In this document: one piece after another, positions 48,804 to 57,945 of the stretch | Numbering within the stretch: position 1 is the first letter of the stretch | Layout: each line of letters starts with the position of its first letter | Source of the DNA: Nitrospirota bacterium | GTDB lineage: Bacteria; Nitrospirota; Thermodesulfovibrionia; Thermodesulfovibrionales; UBA6898 | NCBI GenBank assembly: GCA_004321925.1 | Contig: SCQH01000017.1 | Location: forward strand, 32,276-96,275 | DNA length: 64,000 nt | Reading direction: 5' to 3' | Program-made: the position numbers and the translations under genes | Notes under the pieces: generated by a model | Seen by the model: only the letters and a program-made list of their open reading frames with translations | The model's database searches: none | Told to the model about the DNA's origin: nothing

Positions 48804-49121
48804 TTAGACGTGAGCAAAGGCAGGCAATCTTTTTATCTTCTTTATCTCGTTTGCGGTTGATGAGTGGGCTGCCTGATAAAGATCCCATGCCAGCTGTAAA
48901 TTAAGCCAGAACTGAGCCTCCATGCCGAATAGTTTCTCCAGTCGAAGCGCCGTGTCAGGGGTTATCCCCCGCTTCCCATGGATCAGCTCATTCACACGGG
49001 GATACGAAACCCCAAGTTTTTCGGCTAATTCAGTCTGTGTCATTTCCAGAGGCCTGAGGAACTCCTCCAACAGCATTTCGCCGGGATGTGTCGGCGGACC
49101 ATTTTTGGGTATTCGGACCAT
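48804..49121 (-). CDS. higA: HigA-family antitoxin / XRE-type HTH protein, with no HigB partner visible
   Basis: The ATG at 49119..49121 is preceded by AAGGAGGTG plus 6 nt. 'THPGEMLLEEFLRPLEMTQTELAEKLGVSYPRVNELIHGKRGITPDTALRLEKLFGMEAQFWLNLQ'. Confidence 0.8.
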   Translation of the reverse strand: MVRIPKNGPPTHPGEMLLEEFLRPLEMTQTELAEKLGVSYPRVNELIHGKRGITPDTALRLEKLFGMEAQFWLNLQLAWDLYQAAHSSTANEIKKIKRLPAFAHV

Positions 49122-49161
49122 TTCATCCACCTCCTTGTATAGTGGTATTGCAAACTTCTTC

Positions 49162-49767
49162 TTACTCATTGTCCTGTCTTAAAACCCTTTTGCTATTTGC
49201 GCTTTTATTCCTGATCTCTTTGTATCTGAAACAGCTCATGACATGATCGTTTACCATGCCGACTGCCTGCATGAAGGCGTAACAGATGGTCGTTCCAACG
49301 AATTTGAATCCCCGTTTAATCAGATCTTTGCTCATGGCATCAGACTCAGGGGTGCTGGAGGGGATATCAGTCATTCTCTTCCATCTGTTCCGGACGGGCC
49401 GTCCATTGACGAATTGCCAGATGTAATTATCAAAGGTTCCGAATTCCTTCTGCACCATCAGGAATGCTTTGGCGTTCGTGACCGCCGCGTTTATCTTGAG
49501 CCTGTTTCTGACGATCTCAGGGTTGGTGAGCAGGCGGGATACGGTCGCCTCGGAGTATCGGGAGATCTTCTGGGCATCAAAGTTGTCAAACGCCTTCCTG
49601 TAGCCTTCCCGCTTTCGAAGTATGGTGGACCAGCTGAGACCGGCCTGCGCGCCTTCCAGGATAAGAAACTCAAAAAGGCTCCTGTCGTCATGGACCGGCA
49701 CGCCCCATTCATGATCATGATAGGATTGCTCTGGCTCGCTCTTATCGGCCCATTCACAACGCTTCAT
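49162..49767 (-). CDS. tag: DNA-3-methyladenine glycosylase I
   Basis: 'RCEWA', 'YHDHEWGVPVHDDRSLFEFLILEGAQAGLSWSTILRKREGYRKAF'. Confidence 0.9.
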   Translation of the reverse strand: MKRCEWADKSEPEQSYHDHEWGVPVHDDRSLFEFLILEGAQAGLSWSTILRKREGYRKAFDNFDAQKISRYSEATVSRLLTNPEIVRNRLKINAAVTNAKAFLMVQKEFGTFDNYIWQFVNGRPVRNRWKRMTDIPSSTPESDAMSKDLIKRGFKFVGTTICYAFMQAVGMVNDHVMSCFRYKEIRNKSANSKRVLRQDNE

Positions 49768-50195
49768 CCGTCAGTCTGCTTCAGCCAATAATCATCCCGC
49801 CAATAATAGAGATGCAGTGAGGGCTCGTCCTTATAGGCCTGCCAGCGGTCGTGGTCTTCGGCAGAGTCCCAATGCAGGTAATTGTCTTTGTCTGTATCGA
49901 TCGGCCGCCAGGAATGATCTCTTTTATCTTTTGCTGTTGCTCCACGAACATTCTTCCTGAATTCCTCTTCACTGAAGCCAAAGGCAATAAAGTTATTCTG
50001 TGCCTCAATGAGAGATACTTTGTTCGCACCACCTGCCATGTCGGGATATCCGAGCTGCACGATATCATCCTCCCAATAGCAGATCGGGCAGACCTCATAC
50101 GATCCGGGGGACTCCGAAAATACCAGATATCCGCAGGCCGGACAGGGATAAAATCCTCTATTTTCTGTCATAGAGATAAACCCTGCAATGGTCAT
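49764..50195 (-). CDS. CPCC-type cysteine-rich domain protein with a C-terminal extension
   Basis: 'YPCPACGYLVFSESPGSYEVCPICYWEDDIVQL'. The start (50195 or 50171) is unresolved. Its stop overlaps the tag start by 4 nt. Confidence 0.6.
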   Translation of the reverse strand: MTIAGFISMTENRGFYPCPACGYLVFSESPGSYEVCPICYWEDDIVQLGYPDMAGGANKVSLIEAQNNFIAFGFSEEEFRKNVRGATAKDKRDHSWRPIDTDKDNYLHWDSAEDHDRWQAYKDEPSLHLYYWRDDYWLKQTDG

Positions 50196-50324
50196 ATGGA
50201 CTGCCGTTTAGTGATCCCATGGACTGAGTATACCATAACGACCGGGCTGACAGGCGCGCCGAACGAACGAATGAATCACGTGCAAGCCCGCCGGTTGGTC
50301 ATAGCACTCAGTGTGTTGTGCTTT

Positions 50325-50798
50325 TTAGAAAGCCAGCAGCCACAGTAATCTTGATTGCTCGGTCACCCAGAAGAAATCATACAGTCTGTGCCTCGAGCTT
50401 AACGAAAAGAAATGGGTCTGTTCGGTATTGTCAACATCTCTGAGAACGGCCTTGACCATAAACACTCTGCCGGACGAAAAGGGCAGGTATGGAAGTCGCC
50501 CAACCTTCAGAGACGCAAAGGCAAGATTATCGATACGCTTATGCTGTTCTGCCCAGCGGGAGGCCATCGCGTGATCCGGCACAACCAGGCCAGCGGCACG
50601 CAGCTCAGCCAGCTGTTTATCCCCCAGTTGCCGCTTGAGATATTGGCGCACTTCCTGTTTGGCGCGGCCGGCGTCAAGCGACTGCGCCAGTAATGACGGC
50701 AACGACAGAAACGCCAGTAGCGCCAGCAGCCCGCCTGCGCCAAAGAGGACGAACCGTCGCCGACCGGCATTGAGCTCAAAACGAAACCGTATGCCCAT
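50325..50798 (-). CDS. Hypothetical membrane-anchored or secreted protein
   Basis: N-terminal hydrophobic segment 'FVLFGAGGLLALLAFLSLPSLLA'. No other motif. Confidence 0.4.
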   Translation of the reverse strand: MGIRFRFELNAGRRRFVLFGAGGLLALLAFLSLPSLLAQSLDAGRAKQEVRQYLKRQLGDKQLAELRAAGLVVPDHAMASRWAEQHKRIDNLAFASLKVGRLPYLPFSSGRVFMVKAVLRDVDNTEQTHFFSLSSRHRLYDFFWVTEQSRLLWLLAF

Positions 50799-50933
50799 TT
50801 ATTGCCCTCCCAAGGATTAACGAACTGCGCTTTTGCGGTCCCATAGAGTGAGTATACCACACCGAGAATAAGGGATGGGAACGGAAGAATGTCCACGGGG
50901 CAATAGAAAATAAGGTATGCGTTATAATAGGGG

Positions 50934-52835
50934 ATGCTTCCGGATAAATCATATGATGTGATCGTCATCGGGGCCGGGCATGCCGGCTGCGAGGCTGCGT
51001 TAGCCTCCGCACGCATGGGCCTTTCGACCTGCATCTTTACGATGAATCTTGACCTGATAGCCCATATGTCCTGTAACCCGGCCATCGGGGGACTTGCCAA
51101 AGGGCATATGGTGCGGGAGATCGACGCCCTCGGAGGCGAGATGGCAAAGGTGACGGACCTCTCCGGCATCCAGTTTCGGATGCTGAACAAATCAAAAGGG
51201 CCTGCTGTATGGTCCCTGAGGGCACAGGCTGACAGGGTCCTTTACCGTCAGCATATGCGGCGCGCTCTTGAGCTCAGCCCGAACCTTGATATCAAGCAGG
51301 CGATGATCGAGGAGATTAACGTTGAGGACCGGACGGTCACGGGGGTGAGAACCTCCCTCGGCATCACCTATAATGCGAAGGTCGTCATTGTCACGACCGG
51401 GACCTTCCTGAAAGGTCTTATCCATGTGGGCCATGAAAGCCACCAGGCAGGCCGGGCAGGGGAGTTCCCGTCTGTCGGGCTATCGGACTGCCTGGCGGGG
51501 CTGGGGCTGAAGCTTGGGCGGCTCAAGACAGGGACCCCGCCGCGGCTCGACGCAAAGACGATAGACTTTTCGAAGACCGAACCGCAGTACGGTGATGATC
51601 CTCCGGTCCCGTTCTCGCATAGCACGGAGAGGATCGAAAACCCGCAGCTCCCCTGCTATATAACCTATACCAACCAAGAGACCCACCGCATCATCCGGGA
51701 TAATATCACCCGCTCTGCCATGTACAGCGGAAAGATAACCGGCATCGGGCCGAGGTACTGTCCCTCCATCGAGGACAAGGTGGTCCGCTTTGCCGAGCGG
51801 GAGAGGCACCAGGTCTTTCTTGAACCTGAAGGGCTTCAGACGAACGAGTATTACGCAAACGGGATATCCACAAGCCTCCCGTTCGATGTACAGGTGGAAC
51901 TCGTCAGGACCATCCCCGGCCTGGAACAGGCAGAGATCATGAGGCCTGCCTATGCCATTGAATATGATTTCGTCTTTCCGACTCAGCTCCGGCATTCGCT
52001 TGAGACAAAATCCATACATGGCCTTTTCCTGGCCGGACAGATAAACGGGACCTCCGGGTATGAAGAGGCTGCGGCCCAGGGGCTGATGGCAGGCATCAAT
52101 GCCGGCCTGAGACTGCAGGGAAAAGAGCCGCTGGTCCTTGGAAGGCATGAGGCCTATACCGGGGTGCTGATCGACGACCTGGTGACCAAAGGCACTGAGG
52201 AGCCCTACCGGATGTTCACGTCGCGTGCGGAGTACCGGCTGCTCCTGCGGCATGACAATGCTGACCTGAGGCTCATGCAGAAGGGCTATGACATCGGGCT
52301 GCTCGATGCCGGTATCCATCGCCGCTTTCTTGACAAAAAAAGGGCTATAGAGCTTGAGACGGATAGGCTCCGGTCAACGAGGATAAAGCCGGAGGCTATC
52401 AATGAGGTCCTGAAGGGGCTCGGCACAACGCCGGTCAATGAGGCCATAACGCTTGTCAGCCTGCTGAAAAGGCCAGAGGTGACCTATGCAGTAATCAGGG
52501 AGGCGATGCCGCCGGAACATCCTCTTGCGGAAGAGGTCGAAATGCAGGTCGAGATCCAGGTCAAATACGAAGGCTATATCACCAGGCAGCTTGAGGCGGC
52601 CGAAAAACTCGCGAAGCTTGATGACCGGAAGATCCCGGACGAAATCGATTACCGGACCCTGCCCGGGATCTCAAAAGAGATCCTCTGTAAACTGCAAGAG
52701 GTCAGGCCCGCGAGCCTCGGCCAGGCAGGCAGGATACCGGGCATGACCCCCGCCGCTTTATCGCTTATCATGGTCGCCTCTGAAAAACTGCGCAGAAGCA
52801 GGCCCGGACCTCAGACCGACGGCATTGTTGTCTGA
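50934..52835 (+). CDS. mnmG: tRNA uridine-5-carboxymethylaminomethyl modification enzyme MnmG (GidA)
   Basis: 'YDVIVIGAGHAGCEAALASARMG', 'NPAIGGLAKGHMVREIDALGG', 'GPRYCPSIEDK', 'LFLAGQINGTSGYEEAAAQG'. Confidence 0.95.
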   Translation: MLPDKSYDVIVIGAGHAGCEAALASARMGLSTCIFTMNLDLIAHMSCNPAIGGLAKGHMVREIDALGGEMAKVTDLSGIQFRMLNKSKGPAVWSLRAQADRVLYRQHMRRALELSPNLDIKQAMIEEINVEDRTVTGVRTSLGITYNAKVVIVTTGTFLKGLIHVGHESHQAGRAGEFPSVGLSDCLAGLGLKLGRLKTGTPPRLDAKTIDFSKTEPQYGDDPPVPFSHSTERIENPQLPCYITYTNQETHRIIRDNITRSAMYSGKITGIGPRYCPSIEDKVVRFAERERHQVFLEPEGLQTNEYYANGISTSLPFDVQVELVRTIPGLEQAEIMRPAYAIEYDFVFPTQLRHSLETKSIHGLFLAGQINGTSGYEEAAAQGLMAGINAGLRLQGKEPLVLGRHEAYTGVLIDDLVTKGTEEPYRMFTSRAEYRLLLRHDNADLRLMQKGYDIGLLDAGIHRRFLDKKRAIELETDRLRSTRIKPEAINEVLKGLGTTPVNEAITLVSLLKRPEVTYAVIREAMPPEHPLAEEVEMQVEIQVKYEGYITRQLEAAEKLAKLDDRKIPDEIDYRTLPGISKEILCKLQEVRPASLGQAGRIPGMTPAALSLIMVASEKLRRSRPGPQTDGIVV

Positions 52836-53065
52836 CTGCTGTAGATCTGCGTCATGAGCTCCCGCTGAATGGCTTCCCAGCCGCCCTCGGTATGCGGCAG
52901 GACGCAGGTCGAACAGTCCTTGACCCCTGAGGGCAGGACCGTGAAGCTCCCGGGACAGGAGAGAAGAAAAAGCGGGCAGTAACAAAAAAGGCAGGAATGC
53001 CAGTCCTTGAGGTCGTGGCAGGGCAGAAACTCGCACTTCGTATTGATGAAATGTTTATAGCTCAT
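52811..53065 (-). CDS. Cysteine-rich small domain protein
   Basis: 'CEFLPCHDLKDWHSCLFCYCPLFLLSCPG...CSTCVLPH'. The 3' end overlaps the mnmG 3' end by 25 nt (convergent). Confidence 0.55.
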   Translation of the reverse strand: MSYKHFINTKCEFLPCHDLKDWHSCLFCYCPLFLLSCPGSFTVLPSGVKDCSTCVLPHTEGGWEAIQRELMTQIYSSQTTMPSV

Positions 53066-53865
53066 GGTTTCTCTTCCCCCGCCTTTATATGTTCATGTGT
53101 CTTCAGGTGGTCCATGCAATATTCGTGGTCGCCTTCGCAGAAGGAGCAATACCGGAACTCAAGGGTAATATCATCAGCCTCGGTCCTGCTGCATATGGTG
53201 CAGGAATGTATGGTGGCCTTGCGGGCCGGGGCAAAGGCCCGTCTGCGGTTATAGGAAGACCCCCTGCGTCGTATGGTCGCAAGGATGTCCCCGCCGAAAA
53301 AGAGGAAATAATTCGAGATAGAGACCACGGCGGCAACCTTGTTAGGAAGCGGCGCTGTCAGGACGGTAAAGGCTATGAAGGCCCAGTTGATCCAGGCCAG
53401 ATACTTCATCTTGACCGGGAGTATGAAGAAGAGCAGGATCTCATAATCCGGATAGATATAGGCAAAGGCGAGGAAGAGCGAGAGGTTCAGATAGAGCGCT
53501 GTCGTACCCTCGCCGGTGATAAAGGCCGCAAGGGCGGTCCCCAGCACGCCGGTCAGATAAAAGATGTTGAACCTGAAGCTCCCCCACTCGCGCTCAAGCC
53601 CGGTGCCGACCATATAGTAAAAATAGAAGATGAAGAAGATCCAGAAGAGCGAGGCGGATGGAGGGATGAATACCCAGCTTATGAGCCGCCAGACCTCGCC
53701 CTGCAGGATGAGCCGCGGATCGAGCATCAACTTGCTGATCGCCTCGCTCTGCGGCATGCCAAAGCGCAGGAAATAGATCAGCGCATTGATGCCGATGATA
53801 TACACCATCAGCTCCCTGACCGCAAACCGCCCTAACTTTCTTTCGAGTTTATTTAGTATATCCAT
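53062..53865 (-). CDS. Rhomboid-like polytopic membrane protein with a C-terminal Cys/His-rich tail
   Basis: 'GEVWRLISWVFIP' and 'MVGTGLEREWGSFRFNIFYLTGVLGTAL' resemble rhomboid TM1-3. I could not find a GxSG catalytic serine motif. The tail is 'CTICSRTE...YCSFCEGDHEYCMDHLKTHEH'. Confidence 0.55.
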   Translation of the reverse strand: MDILNKLERKLGRFAVRELMVYIIGINALIYFLRFGMPQSEAISKLMLDPRLILQGEVWRLISWVFIPPSASLFWIFFIFYFYYMVGTGLEREWGSFRFNIFYLTGVLGTALAAFITGEGTTALYLNLSLFLAFAYIYPDYEILLFFILPVKMKYLAWINWAFIAFTVLTAPLPNKVAAVVSISNYFLFFGGDILATIRRRGSSYNRRRAFAPARKATIHSCTICSRTEADDITLEFRYCSFCEGDHEYCMDHLKTHEHIKAGEEKP

Positions 53866-53909
53866 AGCACAGCCTTACCGATGTGGTCGGAGAGATGCAG
53901 TGCCAATCT

Positions 53910-54290
53910 TCAGGGTTCGACGGCAGGGCAGGACATCCGGAAGTTGAAATGGCCTGCTGAGGTCTGGTCGTAGATATAGATGGTGTCCCCCCGTACGGTC
54001 CCCATGAAGTGAGTGGCGTTGCCCTGCATATAGACGATGAACGTCTTGCCCTTTATCGAGATGTTGATCTGGTTGTTGGCACCGAGATCGTATTTGTATT
54101 TACTGATCCCGGCGCCTGATTTCATATGGCTCCAGCTCACATAGTCAAACCCGGTCTTTTCCTCGGCTACCGGGAGGCTCGGTATATCAATGCTGCAGGC
54201 CCGGTTATAATCATAGAGCGAGACGATGTCCCTGCCCGAGATCAGCCGCCCTGCGATATAGGCTATGGACGCATGGGTGATATGGGGCAT
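53910..54290 (-). CDS. Hypothetical protein (126 aa), 12 nt downstream of nrdJ
   Basis: Its position suggests co-transcription with nrdJ. No motif recognised. Confidence 0.4.
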   Translation of the reverse strand: MPHITHASIAYIAGRLISGRDIVSLYDYNRACSIDIPSLPVAEEKTGFDYVSWSHMKSGAGISKYKYDLGANNQINISIKGKTFIVYMQGNATHFMGTVRGDTIYIYDQTSAGHFNFRMSCPAVEP

Positions 54291-54302
54291 AGCGTCACCC
54301 CC

Positions 54303-56528
54303 TCAGCCGCACTTCGTGAAGCCGCAGCTATGACAGACAGCACATCCTCCCTCATGCTCGACCGCACCTCCGCATTCAGGACAGGCCCCAATACGCATGA
54401 CATCTCCGTGGCCGTTGCCGCCGTTGCCGTTGCCTGCGCCGCCCTTCTCCACATACCTCTCAAGGGCCTTTGCTATGGCGTCGGAACATGAGGTGATCTT
54501 CCCTCCGCTCGTCCAGGCCTGGTTGTGGCAGGTTATTCCCTTGAGCTGTTTCATGATGACCTCAGGCTCAATATTTGAACGCAGGGCGAGGCTCACAAGC
54601 CTGCCGATCGCCTCTGCCTGGCTCGAGGCGCAGCCGCCCGCCTTGCCCATATGGGTGAAGAGCTCAAAGAGCTGGCCATGCTCGTCTTCGTTGATGGTCA
54701 CATAGATATTGCCGCAGCCTGTCTTCATGTGGCGGGTTGCCCCGACTATGTTCTCGGGCCTCTTGCGGGGGACGATCTTGGCCTGGACAGGCGCCTCGGC
54801 CTCGCCCTTTGTCTTGCCGGTCGAAAGGACCTGGTCATCGCGGGAACCGTCCCGGTAGACCGTGACCCCTTTGCAGTTGAGCTGATAGGCAAGCATATAA
54901 ACGTCTTCAACATCCTTCGATGTAGCTGAATGCGGAAAGTTGACCGTCTTTGAGACCGCGTTGTCGACATATTTCTGGAAGGCCGCCTGCATGGTCACAT
55001 GTTCAAGAGGTGAGATGTCATGGGCCGTCACGAAGACCGCCTTCACATCGTCGGGGATCTCGTCAAAATCGTGAAGCGACCCCTTCTCGGCTACCCGCTC
55101 CATAAGCTCCCGGGACCAGAACCCGCGCTCTTTGGCAACTGCTTCGAAATAAGGGTTGACCTCAAGGAGCTTTGTCCCTTCCATGACATTCCTGACGAAC
55201 GAGACCGCAAAAAGCGGCTCTATGCCGGAGGAACAGGTGGCGATGATCGAAAGGGTGCCGGTTGGTGCGATGGTCGTCACGGTCGCGTTCCTCATCTTCA
55301 CACTGCCGTCGTAGATGCTGCCTTTATAGTTCGGGAAGACGCCCCGCTCCTCTGCAAGAGCTGAAGAGGCGCTCTTGGCCTCCCGCTGAATAAAGCTCAT
55401 GACCTCTTCTGCAAGGCTTATGGCACTGTCGGAATTATAGGGGACATTCATCTGGATGAGCATGTCGGCCCAACCCATGACCCCGAGGCCGATCTTCCTG
55501 TTCGCCCTGGTCGTCTCGTCTATCTTTTTTATCGGATATTTATTGACCTCGATCACGTTATCAAGGAAATGCACCGCCTTCCAGACCGTCTTTTTCAGTT
55601 TCTGAAAGTCCACGGCCCTGTCCGCAACCATGCGTGCAAGGTTGATCGAGCCGAGGTTGCAGGACTCATACGGCAGAAGGGGCTGCTCGCCGCACGGGTT
55701 CGTCGATTCTATCTGGCCGATATGCGGGGTAGGGTTCGAGGCATTGATCCGGTCGATGAAGACAAGGCCGGGCTCGCCGTTCTTCCAGGCATGGTTGACG
55801 ATCTGCTCAAAGACCTCCCGCGCTTTAAGGCTCCGCACGACCTTTTTGGTCCTCGGGTTGACCAGGTCATATTCAGTATCGTCCGCGACCGCCTGCATAA
55901 AGCCGTCGGTGATGGCAACGGATATATTAAAGTTATTGAAACGTTCGCTGTCGTCCTTGGCCGTAATGAATTCAAGGATGTTGGGATGGTCGACCCGGAG
56001 AATGCCCATGTTAGCCCCGCGCCTGGTCCCTCCCTGCTTCACCGCCTCGGTGGCCGTATCGAACACGGTCATAAAGGAGATGGGGCCGGAGGATACGCCC
56101 TTTGTAGAGCCGACGATATCACCGCTGGGCCTGAGGCTGGAGAAGCTGAAACCGGTCCCTCCCCCGGATTTGTGAATGATGGCCGTGCTCTTTACCGCAT
56201 CGAATATCGAGTCCATGGAATCCTCGACCGGCAGCACAAAACAGGCTGAAAGCTGGCCGAGCTTTCTCCCTGCATTCATGAGCGTGGGACTGTTGGGGAG
56301 AAACTCCAGGGACGAGGTCATCGCATAAAAGTCCTCTTCCAGGAGGACGAGTTCAGCCTCCGACTTCCCGTAGATCCGGTCAGCAGCGGCTATGGCCCGC
56401 GCAACCCTCCGGAACAGGGAATCGACGGTCTCGGTGACCTTGCCCTCTTCATTTTTTTTCAGATACCTCTTTTCAAGGACCTTCAGTGCGTTTGATGAAA
56501 GGTGTGTTGCCGCAGAACTAGCTCCCAT
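54303..56528 (-). CDS. nrdJ: Adenosylcobalamin-dependent (class II) ribonucleotide reductase
   Basis: 'LEKRYLKK', '[12 protein letters not shown]', '[22 protein letters not shown]', and the C-terminal zinc-ribbon '[21 protein letters not shown]'. Confidence 0.92.
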   Translation of the reverse strand: MGASSAATHLSSNALKVLEKRYLKKNEEGKVTETVDSLFRRVARAIAAADRIYGKSEAELVLLEEDFYAMTSSLEFLPNSPTLMNAGRKLGQLSACFVLPVEDSMDSIFDAVKSTAIIHKSGGGTGFSFSSLRPSGDIVGSTKGVSSGPISFMTVFDTATEAVKQGGTRRGANMGILRVDHPNILEFITAKDDSERFNNFNISVAITDGFMQAVADDTEYDLVNPRTKKVVRSLKAREVFEQIVNHAWKNGEPGLVFIDRINASNPTPHIGQIESTNPCGEQPLLPYESCNLGSINLARMVADRAVDFQKLKKTVWKAVHFLDNVIEVNKYPIKKIDETTRANRKIGLGVMGWADMLIQMNVPYNSDSAISLAEEVMSFIQREAKSASSALAEERGVFPNYKGSIYDGSVKMRNATVTTIAPTGTLSIIATCSSGIEPLFAVSFVRNVMEGTKLLEVNPYFEAVAKERGFWSRELMERVAEKGSLHDFDEIPDDVKAVFVTAHDISPLEHVTMQAAFQKYVDNAVSKTVNFPHSATSKDVEDVYMLAYQLNCKGVTVYRDGSRDDQVLSTGKTKGEAEAPVQAKIVPRKRPENIVGATRHMKTGCGNIYVTINEDEHGQLFELFTHMGKAGGCASSQAEAIGRLVSLALRSNIEPEVIMKQLKGITCHNQAWTSGGKITSCSDAIAKALERYVEKGGAGNGNGGNGHGDVMRIGACPECGGAVEHEGGCAVCHSCGFTKCG

Positions 56529-56569
56529 GCCCCCCCCTTTGTTTTCTATATTTGGATTTATGATGGATA

Positions 56570-56585
56570 TAACTACACATTGTGT
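56570..56585 (-). promoter_or_regulatory. NrdR-box-like site 2
   Basis: Minus strand ACACAATGTGTAGTTA matches my recollection of the acaCwAtATaTwGtgt consensus at 12/16. It lies just downstream of the -10. Confidence 0.45.
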
Positions 56586-56594
56586 TGAGACTTA

Positions 56595-56623
56595 ATTAAA
56601 CCACAACATCTTGTGGATGTCAA
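56595..56623 (-). promoter_or_regulatory. Sigma-70-type promoter of nrdJ
   Basis: Minus strand TTGACA (56618..56623), a 17-nt spacer, then TTTAAT (56595..56600), about 65 nt upstream of the ATG. Confidence 0.5.
56601..56616 (-). promoter_or_regulatory. NrdR-box-like palindrome 1, inside the promoter spacer
   Basis: CCACAAGATGTTGTGG (arms CCACAA/TTGTGG) matches the consensus at 12/16, including all conserved core positions. Its centre is 31 bp from the centre of site 2. Confidence 0.5.
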
Positions 56624-56741
56624 GGCAAATAATAAGGCTAAAAAACCCTTTGATTTTTAATGGTTTTCAGGACGTTCTGCGGGGCAAACACCCCTGGTCC
56701 CTGTCTCCTGCGGAAAGAAAAAACTGCTTTTCAGGCGCTGA

Positions 56742-57008
56742 TCAGTCGAAGAGCCTTGTGAGGACGTCGGCACGCTCTTCAATGTTCCTGGCAATATTCT
56801 CCTGCTCTTCGCGAAGCTTGTGCAGCTCGTCGGCTATGTCAAGAGAGGCCAGGATAGCGGCCTTGAGCGGGGCAATGCCCGGCGTGGCATTATAGACCTC
56901 CTTCATCCGTGTATCGACGAAGTTGGCCAGTTTCTTAATATGTTCTTCGGACGCGTCCCCTTTGATCGTATACTTCTGTCCGAGTATCATGACGTCGATG
57001 CTCCCCAT
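56742..57008 (-). CDS. zapA: Cell division protein ZapA
   Basis: 'MGSIDVMILGQKYTIKGDASEEHIKKLANFVDTRMKEV...LKAAILASLDIADEL'. The ATG at 57006..57008 lies behind GAGG, 7 nt after the upstream stop. Confidence 0.8.
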   Translation of the reverse strand: MGSIDVMILGQKYTIKGDASEEHIKKLANFVDTRMKEVYNATPGIAPLKAAILASLDIADELHKLREEQENIARNIEERADVLTRLFD

Positions 57009-57015
57009 GCCGACC

Positions 57016-57336
57016 TCAGACCTCGATAGTATTGAGTTCATCCAGAAGCCCCTGGATCTGGCTCCCGATAGAACTCTTTTCAGACTTTAAGGTCTCTATT
57101 TCCTGGTTCTTTACATTCAGCATCGTCTCGAGGTCCGCGATCTTTCTTTCGAGCAGGACCTTCTCCTCTTTCAGGGTCTTTACCCTCTCGACAACGGCAT
57201 TGATCTTTTCCTCAAGGTTCTTCAGTCTGTCCAATGGCAGGCCCTCCTTCTTAACCGGTGCTTGTTTGTAGCTGGAATGGGAAAGAGATCTGATCTCGAC
57301 CGGCTGATCATCAAAAAGCGTTTCCCTGAATTCCAT
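57016..57336 (-). CDS. ZapB-like coiled-coil cell division protein
   Basis: Heptad-rich 'LKNLEEKINAVVERVKTLKEEKVLLERKIADLETMLNVKNQEIETLKSEK', directly upstream of zapA. Confidence 0.55.
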   Translation of the reverse strand: MEFRETLFDDQPVEIRSLSHSSYKQAPVKKEGLPLDRLKNLEEKINAVVERVKTLKEEKVLLERKIADLETMLNVKNQEIETLKSEKSSIGSQIQGLLDELNTIEV

Positions 57337-57396
57337 TTCATAAAATAACAGATGCAGGCAGCTGCTGTCTATAGCAGAGAAAAGTCTGCTGCCCGG

Positions 57397-57915
57397 TTAC
57401 TGGTCGAGCTTATGCATCCCCCCGTGCAGCATATTTTCAACAGCCGGGTCGAGCCGTATCCTGATGACCATCCTCTCGCCCCGCAGCCGGTAATCCGTAA
57501 GCAGGATGTCATCGAGGCCGTAGGTATACGGCAGGTACAGCGGCCGCAGCTCGTAGCCCAGGACACCGCCTTTCTCAGCGAAAATACTGCTTATCTGCGA
57601 GCTCCGGAACGAGGTGTTGCAGGCGACGAAATGCCCGGCCGCCGCAAGGGCCTCGGCCGCAGAAAGCCCCTTTATCGTTCGGTAATTGAAGTCTGCCGTA
57701 TAGGGTTCAAAGGTTATGCCGTCGCCTTCCCTGTCGAGAAAAGCTATGGTCTCGGGATCGTCCAGGTATCTGCAGCCATGCAGGACCAGCGTGTAGTTCC
57801 CGGGAATGCCGGGGTCAGTGACCCGCTCGGTCCTCAGACCGCCCCTGACTGAGCAGCCCGCTGCACCGAGCAGCAGGAAAAGCAGCAGTACAGCAAATGG
57901 CATATGCTTTTTCAT
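57397..57915 (-). CDS. Hypothetical lipoprotein
   Basis: 'MKKHMPFAVLLLFLLLGAAGC' is a signal peptide with a lipobox-like motif. Confidence 0.55.
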   Translation of the reverse strand: MKKHMPFAVLLLFLLLGAAGCSVRGGLRTERVTDPGIPGNYTLVLHGCRYLDDPETIAFLDREGDGITFEPYTADFNYRTIKGLSAAEALAAAGHFVACNTSFRSSQISSIFAEKGGVLGYELRPLYLPYTYGLDDILLTDYRLRGERMVIRIRLDPAVENMLHGGMHKLDQ

Positions 57916-57945
57916 GTTTATGTCCATACTTTATTGTACCACTGG

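Noticed and set aside
49122-49300. Missed higB toxin gene upstream of higA
   Set aside because: The space is taken by the 3' end of tag. Only 40 nt of non-coding sequence, carrying the higA RBS, lie between them.
50507-51190. 227-aa minus-strand ORF bridging the hypothetical gene and the mnmG start
   Set aside because: It overlaps the FAD-binding N-terminus of MnmG in antisense and lies in a different frame from 50325..50798. It has no motif.
56529-56594. Cobalamin riboswitch in the nrdJ leader
   Set aside because: The leader is only about 65 nt and I found no B12-box-like GCCACTG element. B12 riboswitches usually control B12-independent isozymes, not nrdJ.
56624-56741. Possible 6S RNA (ssrS) downstream of zapA, as in E. 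coli
   Set aside because: Only about 118 nt remain between the zapA stop and the nrdJ promoter, too short for a ~180-nt 6S RNA. I could not draw the long interrupted helix with a central bubble.
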